Source: Dimorphilus gyrociliatus (lineage: Eukaryota > Animalia > Annelida). From it: DNA of 40,213 bases. Location: NCBI GenBank assembly GCA_904063045.1, contig CAJFCJ010000095.1, positions 1 through 40,213 of the forward strand, read 5' to 3'. The notes under the pieces were generated by a model that ran no database searches, had not been told where the DNA came from, and saw only the letters and a program-made list of their open reading frames with translations. Within the stretch, counting starts at the first letter, position 1; every line of letters begins with the position of its first letter. Positions 1-11,707 of this stretch are shown piece after piece. Both the position numbers and the translations under genes were made by a program.

Positions 1-645
1 AAGTATTTGAACACTGAACCAGATTTTCAAACATATTTTTCAGTTCAGCAAATTCAATCTTATACCCTTTTAAGATTAATGTTTCTAACTTGGAGCAATT
101 TTTTAATAAATTTGTGAATGTTCCAAAATTTTCATATTTAATAAAATATATATTAATGCACTTTAAAGTGTTTGATGAATGCATGAGTCCTTCAAAAATA
201 AAATCCATTATTTTGTCTCCATAATTATCTTCTAGATGAAAACTTTCTATTTTTGAACAATCTTTCAGCAACTTTCCAAACTTTCATATGATATCAAGTC
301 TAAATACATTCCTTTTGCAGTTATATGCTTTAAACTGTCTGTTGAAGAAATGAGTCCTTGAAAAAGATAAAAATTGACACCAGAACAACCAATGAAATAT
401 TCAATAGATTTTAAACTAATGAAGCTTATTGTTTCTATGTTTGAAAAATTTTTCAACAAATTTTTTATCTTTTCCATATCACCATCAGAGAAAGAAAGTT
501 GAGAAAAATATATTTCCTTGAGAGTGTTTGATGAATTGAGAAGACAGTCTAAAATGCATTGTAAACAACTTGGGTTATTCCCATTATTTCCAACTATTTT
601 CAAAGTTTGAATTTTTGTTATGAAACGATGATAGATGAAAATTTG
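1..645 (-). CDS. RNI-like (NLR-type) leucine-rich repeat protein, 3' part runs off the window; one frameshift near 275
   Basis: ORF 265-603 has LRR units (LLNSSNTLKEIYF, LLKNFSNIETISF). A shifted frame continues LLKDCSKIESFHLEDNYG...LMHSSNTLKCI...LLKNCSKLETLILKG to base 1. Same repeat style as 36302-37456. Confidence 0.7.
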
Positions 646-937
646 ACATTTAGAGAGGAAATATTTGGTGGATGATGAACTTGGAACTTACTAGTGAGAT
701 ATATGCAGTCTCCTTTTTGGGTAGGAGTAGATTTTTCAATTGATTAAAAACATTATTTAGTACAATAAAGAAATTATTTCACTTCCCCAGCTCAAGACTC
801 AATCTGTCCAGGGGATTTTTGTCACAGGACATTTTGTCAAGGGAATATACATTGCTCAATCCTCTCAACATAAAGTTGTTATTTCTAATCAAAATTTATT
901 TTCTCTTATTATTGAATGCTTAACAATAGCATTTTGC

Positions 938-1150
938 TGGGGTTTAGGCAACTACCCAGTCTTTTTGAAAATACCCACAGTTTTGTGGTTTTACCCTAAC
1001 CCTAACTGAGCCCTGGAAACTGTTTCAAGCACTTTATTGTTGCTAACACTTAGTTTGGACCCACTTAATTACAAATGAATTGCTTGATTATTTTTCCTAA
1101 CCCATTCCCAACCCAAAAAAATTCCAGAATAGGTATTTTCAACAGCCCCC
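938..1150. mobile_element. About 210-bp MITE-like element with internal telomere-like CCCTAA units
   Basis: 11-bp inverted repeat TTGAAAATACC (965-975) / GGTATTTTCAA (1132-1142), GGGG...CCCC outer ends, internal ccctaaccctaac. Similar layout to 35272-35480. Confidence 0.45.
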
Positions 1151-1199
1151 ATTATAGAACAGTATTAGTCTGTCTTTAACTACCTATAAACATTAAAAT

Positions 1200-1486
1200 T
1201 GTTATATCAATTTAAATTTTGCAAACCTAACTACTGGACAAACCTTTAAGTATTATAAACCCTCACTGTTTCATTCCAACCATCTAACTTCAATTTGAGA
1301 GGATCAACCTTAACTAACTGGAATCATCATCCACTAGGACAAGCCTTCTACTCCTTCAACATTGGACACTAGTTTGGTAATTTGGCAACCTACTATTACT
1401 AACCATCTACTCTGCTATTCACTTGCTTAACTTTAGCTTTATTACAGTGTATCTATTAAATCAACAAAAGTCACATCAACGTTACA
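1200..1486 (+). repeat. Diverged LTR-like repeat related to 28435-28823
   Basis: Shares TATA-like aagtattataaacc, ctactcctt caacattgga, agtttggtaatttggcaacct and atctactctgctat blocks with 28510-28725. Possible TGTTA...GTTACA ends. No clean TSD. Confidence 0.5.
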
Positions 1487-1564
1487 ATAATCAAAACATT
1501 GTTTAAACAATAAAAATAGAACACAACAGCTGACATAAATAAATTGTTTTGAAGTGTTTTTTAC

Positions 1565-4500
1565 TTAAAAAAATTTTTGAACATAGCTTTTGAGAAGAAA
1601 TCCAAAATTTTTCATCGTTTCAAAAGGTAAATTAGTTTGATTATAAATTAAATTATCTTTCTCTATTAATAGAATAAGATAGTTGTTTTTCTGAAAAAAC
1701 ACCATATTGTTCGTTAAATTTCGAATATCAAAATCAAATTGATGAAGACATTCTAGCCTTTTTGTTAATTGTTTGAAAGATTTGAATAGACAAACTACAT
1801 TGTCAATGTGGATTTTGGAAATATTCATTGAATGAATATCTTGAAATTTAGTAAAAACTAGACCATGATCTTTTCCATGAACCAACAAGTTTAATTCTGT
1901 GTAAAAAAGTAAGATTATTTAAGTTTGTCAAATGTTATTTTATTATAAAGTTTATACTTCCTAAAAAGTACTCAGTTTGTATATATTTAAAAAATGTAAC
2001 TCTGGATGATTTAACACATATATAGATTATTAAAATGAAAAGAAAGGAAAATCTCTCTCTCTCTCTCTCATACCTGTTATCTCTTTTGGCAAATGATAGA
2101 TTAAAATTCAAATACCAGTAATTATGAACATATGGATTTAAAAATGAATTAAGTGGTAGGATAAAAATAAATATCCAATTGTATGTTTCAAAAGTAAGGT
2201 TACTTTTTCCAAATGCAGCAAAGACACCTTGACAAATGACAAACATTTTTATCAGAATTTAAGAATTTGTTAGTCTGCAGATGTTAAAATGTTCACCTAA
2301 CAAACACAGAGGTAGCCAAGTGACAATATTTGTAAAAATAATTATTAATGATTTCTTTAATGTTGACATTAGACGTTCCATGTAGAGATCTTTTGATAAA
2401 ACTGAAGAAGAGTTGATTACAATCTTAAAGATTTTCACATAAAAAAATAATGTTAAAAAATTGAGAAGAATTGGAATAACTGAAAAAGTAATTAGAGAAA
2501 AAATCCAACCATCAGCCTTTTCATTTGTTAAATGTAATGAAAAGCATAAAGAGTATCTTGATGAAAAATTCTATTATGATTGATTAATTGATTGAATGAT
2601 TCATTGATAAAATCTCTATCTTTACTCACATTATAAGCAATCAATGGAACAGTAGCCAGTATAACAGAAGTACTTACTATCAAGATGATTACTAGGCCTA
2701 CTTTTTTATATGTTAATTGAATTTTCATGCTGCTAAGTTTCAAAGCCCAAGATTTCTGCCTACAGATTACTACCATAAAACAATTGGATGAAAGGCATGA
2801 CATTGATGCTAGAATGTTGAGAAATTTACAAGTATGACTATGCCGCCATTCATAGTCGTAGTCTATGTAACTTCCGGAAAATATTATGTCATATACACAA
2901 ATGCAAGATAAATACAATATAAAACTAAAATCTGAAAAGACTAATGACAAATCCAATAATTGGTGGGGTTTTGAAATGCTTTTTAATTTCAAAATGGCCG
3001 CCATAATGTTACCAACTATTCCAAAAAATGAAATGAAATATAATGCAACTAGAAAGAAAATATTATTTTTATTGATTGAGTAATTAATTTAAATTTGAAA
3101 AAAAAAATTTTTACTTTTTTGAATATTTGAACCCAAAAGATTTTGGCAAGAATTTAAATCATTCTGCTTTGGTAAGCATTCAACCAATTTTTTTATCTTC
3201 TTTACAAAACAACACAATGTAAAATATTCACTTTTTAAAATTTGAATATTTTTCATTTTTTCAAATTGAAAATTTCTAATTTGCTTTCCATCAACAAGAT
3301 AAGTTTTGAGTAGATTCAATTCAATCAATTTTACAAAATTATCAAGTATTCCTTTTGCTATTCTGTGAATTTTTGAAGATTTTATATGTAAAAATTGTAA
3401 ATTGTTTGAGGAATGGAACCAGTGTTTTGATAAATTGACAAAATTTAGATTAGAAATCTCTAGATGGACTAAAAATTTTAAATGTTTGAATGTAGATGAT
3501 TCAATTGTGTGAATATTATTTCTATGGAGTATTAGAATTTCAAGAAATTGAATCTGGGCAAATGTGCTACTGTCTAACATTTTAATAGTATTTTGTGTTA
3601 AATTTAAATATTTTAAATTTTCAAATGGAATAAATATCTTTTCACCAAAGCCTCGACAATTTTGAATTACCAAACTGGAAGGTTTCACACCATTTTGATT
3701 GTTTAGATAGCCAAGTACTATTGAAATATTGTTCACATCCTCTAGATAGATAGTTTTAAAGCTATATTCAATTCTCTTGTCAAATTTGATACTTCCTTTA
3801 CAATATAGTTGTATGGATGATAAACATTGGCAACCAATAGGGCATGTGAAATTATTACATACTTCACTCATCTCATCATCGCCAATGGTGCATTGAATAT
3901 ATGGACAAATGTCAAAATTCGTACAAACTTCATTCTTGTTGCAAACTTTCTCAAAGTTTAGAAATTTCATAGAGAATCTACATTTGTACATGTAAGGTAT
4001 AATGTGTGTGTCTGTATTTGAGTAAAAGACAAAGTATCAATAAGCAAACAATCAGTCAATCATCCTAAATGGAACAGACTGCAGTTCTCTTCATCATCTT
4101 TAAGGTAGCAGTCGTATTCACCATCACAAACTTTTTCTGATGATACACAATGTCGATAACTATTACACTGATACATTCCAGTTGGACAAGGTTTTTTGCA
4201 GAATTGCAGATCGTTATATGGTGGATGGGTCCATATGCCATATGAGAAGATTACTTTTTCACTTATGATACAGTTGCCTGTGTGAATCATTTAGTTATAG
4301 AAACAGTTTTCTATAGATATCTTTTAAATTTAAATATACTTGATTCTGTATAGAAAACTATATTTTCCATTGTATCTAAGGAGATGAAGAGAGAGAGAGA
4401 GAGAGGAAGCAAAAAAAGAGGCAATTTAAAGTAATTTTTTTTTTTAATTTAAAATTTTTAAAAATTTACTGTAAGAATTTGGTTGTGAAATTGCAGATGG

Positions 4501-7500
4501 CTTCCACTTAATACTAATTTGTCCTTTGTTACATTTATAGTTTAAAGTAGTAAATTCTTCATCTTGAATTTGGATAGATGAACATTTTGAGAATAGTAAA
4601 ATTAATAAAACTTTCTATCCTTAACTTTGATTGAACAGAAAACTTTCTAACAATAATTTTCTGATACTCAGAAATCTTTATTGTTTTTCTGTCAATTCAA
4701 ACTATTTAAACTTACTCGCACAAGTCATTAAAGGTGATTCATCAATTCCACTTGGACAATCTCTCCTCTTATTACACAACTCATAGAAAAATAATAATTT
4801 ATCAGTTTCACAGTGAGATAATAAATTTCCAGATCTAAGTAAATTCTCTAAAAAGAAATTTTTTTTTTAAAAAAAAACAGGGGAAAAAAATCTAGTAAGG
4901 TAAAAATGTCAATGAGAAGATTTTAAGTTAATTTTTTCAACTTATAATGAAAGGAAATGATTTAATGAATGGGAATTATTATCACAATATTTATCTAAAA
5001 AATTTTCCCATAGTCATTTACCTTACTGTTTCTATATAAAAAAAAACACTTTTTGAGCAATTCTCTTCGTCAGAATTATCTGGACAATCTCTGACAATGT
5101 TGCACATATCCTCCTTTGTGATACATTGTCCATCTTTGCATTGAAATCTTTGCAGTTTTTATTTTTTTTTTAAAGATATATCAATGTTTCTTCTTGTATG
5201 GAAGGAATTCTACTTACTCTTTTGGTAACTTACTATCAACATCACCACCATCACCACCAGTATTACATGGTTTAGAAACTTTAAAAAGAGAAAATGTATG
5301 AAAAGGAATGAAGAGATACATTTGAAATTTTACTTACAGCAATTTTTTTCATCAGATTTATCTTTACAGTCATTAAATTTATCACAAATTAGAACATAAT
5401 TCAATAATTTTGTTCCATTATCACATTTAAAATATAAATTATTCATAGGTGAAGAGCAATTTGTCTCATCAGATTTATCAAAACAATCGTAAACTCCATC
5501 GCAAAGATAAATATTAGATATGCAATATCTATTGATTTTGCATTGAAAAAATCCCTGTTGACAAGCTTTTCTAAATACTTTTACAATTGAAAAACGTATG
5601 CTTGGAAGATGTTCTATTAAAAAATGATTGTAACAATGATGATAATGATGATAATAAAAGAAAGAGAAAAAGGAAAAGCATACTGACTAATTTCACTTTC
5701 ACATATAATTTTGTCAAATAGCATTTGCTCAGTAAGGCATGAATGGAAAGCAAATTGATTAAAAGTATTATACTTGGCAATGTATCCGCAAAACTTATAT
5801 TCCAAGTGATGTTTTGGTTCAAATCCTGTGTACTCACAGCTGTTACAAACCAGTAATAAAGTGAACAAACAGCAAAAAAAAGCAAACAAAAAAACAAACA
5901 AATCTATATCATATTCAAATCCCCACATTCCAATTAAATCCAAAGAGATATTATCGCTATTATAGAAACTTTTCTTCTTCCAGTTATATTTTGCACCTAT
6001 ACCAGTTTTCATTTTGCGAAAATTTTCTCGCTACATATTTATTACTCACCAAATGGAAATTTTGTTTTTGCTGGTGATGATTGTTTTAAAAGGATAGAAA
6101 ACGGGTTAGATTGTTGAGTATTCTTTTTGAAAAGTTGATTTGTCAAATGCATAGACATTAGAAATCTTGCTTCATCTCTTGTGCTTACTCCAACTAGCCT
6201 CAATCCGCGTTTCTTGCAAAATTTTACAGAATTTTCGTAATTTAACATTTGACCAAATTGAAAATAATAGTAGCAACTCCTTTGAAAGGTAAACACGTGA
6301 CCAATGCTACTTATATCAGTATTTTGGCATGAAACACTCTGTTGGAAACATTTCAATTGAACAGCAGAATTTTTTTCCACATTTAACCAGTTTTCTCCAA
6401 AATTAGTGACAATACATTCTTCCAATTTTTTTGACTGATTACAATTCAACATAAACAGACATTGATTGTCAACATCCCGTTCAATTGTCATAATCTGACC
6501 ACTTGAATAGCCAAAATACTGACAAACTAAATCAGTTGTTGATTTTGTGAAACCAAAAATTGATACGCTAAATGTGGAGTTGTTGTAGGAAACTCTTAAT
6601 TTATTATCATTGTTGTTAAACTTTAAGGCTAAACCTTTGAAGAAAAATTCATAGAAAGTTTGTTTTATTGTTTTTTTTATTATATTATATGTACCAGTTT
6701 TTAGGAAATGACCAAAATTTTTTGGTTCTATTAGGTCTACTTTTTCACATGCTAACTTTATAGCATAATATGTTATAGAGTATTTTTTATTTATAATTTT
6801 ACAATAGCTGCTTTCTTCATTTAAAATGCATTGGTATACTTTAACAACTTTTTGTGTATAGATTTCATGCCAATGTTGGAAAAATTCATTTTTTATTAAT
6901 TTCATTGAATAATCTTTACATAATTGAGAAAGTAAAAAGTCTTTATGATGAAGAGATTGCAAATTAAAAAGTAATGGAGAAAGTTGTAAAGTAGTTGTAA
7001 CATAAAATGGAATAGTTAGATATTTAGAAGGTTTATTTTGAAATTTTGAATTATTGACATTATTTTTCCACACAATATCCCCTGTTTGAAATTTACTTTT
7101 CTCACAGAAATCATTGCTACAAGATTGAATGGATGAATTAAACTGTAGAGCAGGATTGATAGTGGCAATTCCAGCTGTATTAGCCAACCCAGTATAAAAG
7201 TAGATATTAGAACATTGATGAGTATAGTTTGTGTAATAGCAATAGGCCTTTGCTTCATTTGAAATTCTTTTATAGATTATTGTTATATTATTTGTCTTGT
7301 ATGAGTTAAGAGTAAAGAAATCTAAAAAATACAGTAAAAGGAAATCAATTAGGGTGTTAGGCTTGAAAAAATTCTGAATTATTCTCTACATGGAACATCC
7401 TTTTTAAAACACTTTATACAAATGTTTGTCAGTCTGCTGCAATATATATCACAATCAGCTATCTTCATTGAATGACATTTAAACAATAATGCAGAGTCTC

Positions 7501-7882
7501 TTGCTGAAATGAATGAAAAAAGTTAATGATTAGATAAGATGATGATGATGACCTTTTGTTATATTTTACCTTTGCAAGTGTAAACACTAACTCTTAAATT
7601 GTCGTATCCCATACTTGAACAAATAAAGCGAGCTGATGGGCTAACCAAACGATTTCTGCCTAAAACAATATTATAATTTTGTCCAATCTTCTCTATTATT
7701 CCTTTAACTATTCCTTGACAAAATGCTTTTGTGCATGTTGAATGATCTTTGCTAAATTTAAATTCAATATCCTGTATTTTCACTTTCTTTGCAATTGTCA
7801 TTGTATTACATTTGGAAACTACTCTAAAAATATGATGCAAAATTATTAGAGAGATGATAATGAAATTGTTGATATTTTTCAT
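1565..7882 (-). CDS. Multi-exon GRL101-like leucine-rich-repeat GPCR: signal peptide, SRCR-like, C-type lectin-like, several LDLa, LRRs, 7TM, C-terminal tail
   Basis: Hydrophobic N-terminus (7882). SRCR-like FICSSMGY and LVCQYFGY. CTL-like CYYYF...NSVKFCKKRGLRLV. LDLa motifs CDKFNDCKDKSDEKNC (about 5340-5420), CKDGQCITKEDMCNIVRDCPDNSDEENC (about 5060-5150) and VCDGEYDCYLKDDEENC (4060-4290). LRRs with a CCFV...C hinge (3089-3991). LGR-type TM motifs GIVGNI, SDFSFILYL, YDYEWRHSHTCK, LPLNSFLNPYVH. Several apparent frameshifts. Confidence 0.85.
1935..3083 (-). CDS. 7TM region of GPCR gene 1 (several exons)
   Basis: ORFs 2528-3004 (TM2-4) and 1935-2246 (TM7 NSFLNPY). Intervening frames give TM5/TM6 (FTNIVTWLPLCLL). 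Confidence 0.8.
3089..3991 (-). CDS. LRR-bearing exon of GPCR gene 1
   Basis: CPIGCQCL LRR N-cap, repeats LKYLNLTQNTIKMLDSSTF / LEILILHRNNIHTIESSTF, and Cys hinge CCFVKK...CLPKQNDLNSCQNLLG. Confidence 0.85.
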   Translation of the reverse strand: MYKCRFSMKFLNFEKVCNKNEVCTNFDICPYIQCTIGDDEMSEVCNNFTCPIGCQCLSSIQLYCKGSIKFDKRIEYSFKTIYLEDVNNISIVLGYLNNQNGVKPSSLVIQNCRGFGEKIFIPFENLKYLNLTQNTIKMLDSSTFAQIQFLEILILHRNNIHTIESSTFKHLKFLVHLEISNLNFVNLSKHWFHSSNNLQFLHIKSSKIHRIAKGILDNFVKLIELNLLKTYLVDGKQIRNFQFEKMKNIQILKSEYFTLCCFVKKIKKLVECLPKQNDLNSCQNLLGSNIQKSKNFFFQI

Positions 7883-8221
7883 TAAGTGATTGAGTGAGTG
7901 AGTGAATAGGTGAAGAATATTTTGTTTAATAATTGCTTTTTTTTTTTGCTTGTATTTAAATGATGATTAATTTTGTCACAAATAAATTAAATTTAATTTT
8001 GTAATTTTTTCAAACTTTTAAAAAAATTGCTTTTTTTATGTTTTTATTAATTATTATTTTAAACAAAAAAAAAAACATTCATAGTTATTTGACTCAATCC
8101 TGTTTTGTATTATATGTTTGAATATGATAGGATTGCAGTTGTTTTTTTAGTAGGCAACCAATATCTTTAACATTTCATTTAGGCTCAAATTCATTGTTTA
8201 TTATTGCTAAATGATCAACAA

Positions 8222-10896
8222 TCATTTCTCTACTCTGAAAAGGTGGAAAATACTTGTATCTGTTATATCTATATCTAAGCCAATCCTTACCATTTTCAAT
8301 ACGGAGTTTCTATCAAGATTTCCTTTATAAAAGCAATTAAACTTGTGTAGAGAGTGAATGAAATTAACATAGATTCGCACAGTGCATATCATTGAATGAA
8401 CAGTTTTCTTGTTGGTGGTGTGAAAAACATTAGATTGAAAATGTTCAAGAAAGAGTATAGCTGGAGGTAAAAGTGTGTTAGTTAAATATTTAAAAGACTG
8501 ACTGAATGGTGGGAGAGAGGGTGGAGCACACAAAAAAGAGATGTACCTATTAAATTATAACTTTACTTAATTACCTGGATAGACACTCTGATCAAAAAAT
8601 TCTTTTTTAAAGATATTCCTAACAAAAGAATATAGTTAAATTTTTATTAATATTAAACTCTTTGAGCAAGAGAGAGAGAGAGAGAGAAAGTAGGAGAAAG
8701 GGGGAGGGAGGGTGTGAGAGAGTGAGAGAATGAGAGAAAGAGAAAGACAAACAGACATCTACATAAACAGACAGATGGACAAACACAAAGTTGAATCACA
8801 CCTACATCATTTATATATATAAAGGTATCTACCTTTCATTTTCATCCTTCTTTTTCATTCTTGCAAGTACAGTCAGGAATGTAAAATAAAATGGAAAAGA
8901 GTAAGAGACCAGTGGTAATAATAGTAACATCCACCATTCACTCATTAGCCTAATATTATAGGATGAAGATTCTAGGCTTAGCCCTAACAAATTTTCAAAT
9001 TAAAAGAAAGAGAGTTTTTGAAAATTTATTTAATTTACACAAAATAGGGATAAAGGTTAAAATTGTTCTAATATGAGTATGGAGACAATACGTCCAATAA
9101 TGTGATCCTCTTTTAACGAAATTAACAATGTATGGAATAATTGAAAAAATTGAAATAATTGGAACATAAACATAAAAAATTGCCTTTATTGAAGTATTTG
9201 TCACTTGATTTAACAAGAGAATTGAACAGGTATTGAATTTTTTCAATTTCTTTTAGTTTTTATCAAAAAATTGTAGTTTTTTGTTTCTTTTTCAAATTAA
9301 AAAAATCACCTACCTTTGAAAAAATAATTAGAAAACCAACTAGGCCTGATACAATGAATGATAAGCAATAGACAAATTCCCAAAATGAAATTTAAATAGA
9401 AAATTTATTAAAGATTTTAAAACTGTTTCTTAATTCAGTGATAAAAATATTCAAGATAGAATTTTGAATGAATATAACAAAGAGAAGATTTGAAAGAGAG
9501 CATAAGCTATCTTCATTGATTTGTGTTAATTTTTCAGAAATGATAAAATTATAAAGGATATTTGAAATTAGAAATGTTAATATAAAATAATCATTGAGTT
9601 TTCTTGTAATAAACATAATTGATAATCCAAATGTGAATTTAATCAAAAAAATCAATTCCAAAAAGAGATGAATGATTGATAAAATGACAAGTGAAATTGT
9701 TGAAAAATAAAGTAAATTTGATGGAAATATTTTTAAACAGTGAAATAATATTCTCATTTCAAAATTACATGAAAAATTTGATGGTGAAAATCTCTTTAAA
9801 TAGCAGCAGAATTTAAAAAATGATAGATTAGCTTTTTCAATTAAATTTGATGATTTAAAATAAAAAGTTTGATGAGAGAAATGAAGATTTATTGATAGAA
9901 TAGTCAACTTTTTCAAACGTTATAATGTATCTGGTGATATTTTTTATAAAACTGTTTGTCATCTTTATGAACAATTCTCTTAATTTTATAAGACCATCAA
10001 AAGCTCTAGAAGGAATATTTTTAAATTTGTTAAATGATAGATATAATATTAATAAATGTTGAAAATCTTTAAACATTGAATTTGATAGTTTTTCTATTTC
10101 ATTTCTACTCAAATTTAATATTTGTAAAATTAGTTTATTTTCAATTTTCAAACTTGAAAATTCAACAAGAAAATTACAACTTAAATCTAAAATTACTATA
10201 TTTTTAAAGTTTGACAAGAAATTTTCAACCGTTGAAAAATCTCTTGTATTTTAAAAACTAAGAAAAGAAGTATGATGATAGAATGACATTGGATTATCAT
10301 CTTTTCCAAAATATGATATATTAAATAATTCAATTATTTTGAAATATTTTAAATGTTCTAAATTTCCATTATTCTATATTGAATATTCTATTCAATTTTA
10401 TTTGAATATTCGCACAAACATTCTTCTCTTCCTTTCACTTTTGGACAGATAAATATTTCACAAGTTATTTCATTGCTGCCATCTTTGCAATTGTAAATTC
10501 CATCACAAACTTGAGACATTTTTACAAACTGTTTTCCTCTAGTTTTACATTTGAAAAATCCTTTAGGGAGGAAATTATCTAATAAATGCAGAAGATTGGT
10601 ATGTAGATTATTGTGAGAGAGAGAGAGAAACAGAAAGAAACAGAACATTGGATCTCAACAAAGGATCTGGGCAAACAATTTAAATTTAAAGAGCTTTTCT
10701 GTCTCTCTACTAACAATTTACCTCATCCAACTTCATCATCTCCATATAAGCAATGGGAAATTCCATCACAAACATTCTTCACTGATATACAATACTTATT
10801 CACTTTACACTGATATTCACCACATTGGCAAATTTTGGAACATTTTTGTAATTGATTGAAAGGTGGTTGTGGTTTGGTAATTAAATATTCAGCAGT
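8222..10896 (-). pseudogene. Second GRL101-like LDLa-LRR-7TM GPCR, 5' truncated at the retroelement A junction
   Basis: LDLa exons 10723-10896 (CISVKNVCDGISHCLYGDDE) and 10388-10612 (VCDGIYNCKDGSNE), LRRs 9855-10217, KFCCYL hinge, hydrophobic TM segments 8995-9750, last exon 8222-8533. PPFNQLQKC aligns with gene 1 PPYNDLQFC. No upstream SRCR/CTL exons seen. Confidence 0.7.
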
Positions 10897-11707
10897 TGTA
10901 TACACATTATGCAGCAATAAAACCTATTGAATTATATAAAGAATATTTGCTATTTGCAACCTAGCATTAATATTACAATTTATTAATCCTTAAATTTATG
11001 ATTTCGAACTTTTTTCAATTAATTATCAATTATGCTTCAATTCTAAGTTTAGATTATATTCACTATTCAACAGTATTGTATACACAATACTGTTCTTTTT
11101 AACATGCATTAATCAGATATACTTCCTCCTTATATGCTGATGCTAAATTTACTAACTCAATCAATTGAATATCATTATTAAGGTAGAATATAAAAATGGC
11201 AAAATATACAATCTACATGTTTTCTTCATTGTTCGACTTGTCCTACTAAAATTGTTACATCTTATGCAACTCTCCAACCTGAGAAATTCAACTATGATTT
11301 AGAAGAGGAAAACAATAAAAACATGACCATATTTACAACTTTTCTTTGTCTTCAAATGTTACTTTTGTTTTTGTCAACATTGAAATTTGTGAACTATCAA
11401 CCCTTAAAAGAGTATATAAACCCTACGAAATTAACAGTTGATAGTTCAGTTTTCTAACCGTCAGCTAGTTGTTTAAACTAGCTTGTTTAGAACTAGAAGC
11501 TCATTTTACTAAATACATATTCTTTGGACGAAATACTGGTGTTTTGTTAATCAATTTCTACCGAAATTGCCTTTGTTAGACTATTTATGGATGAACTTTA
11601 AAGGTTCTATTTGGACCAGTACTTTGGCAAGTTGGTAAATGATTGGAAAGGACGATTACAGTTGTGACGAACCAGAAATTCCTACAATTACAATACAACA
11701 AAGTACA
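10897..11707 (+). repeat. 5' LTR of copy A (diverged subfamily)
   Basis: Ends ...CAACAAAGTACA like the B and solo LTRs. Shares gtatataaaccctacg (TATA-like) and gaaatactggtg blocks. Left boundary uncertain. Confidence 0.7.

Noticed and set aside
805-842. Tandem GGA(C)ATTTTGTCA motif as a transposon end
   Set aside because: Only two short units and no partner end found in the window.
4388-10630. (GA)n/(TC)n tracts at about 2050, 4388, 8670 and 10613
   Set aside because: Ordinary intronic microsatellites. ORFs starting in them (e.g. 10613-10813) are spurious.
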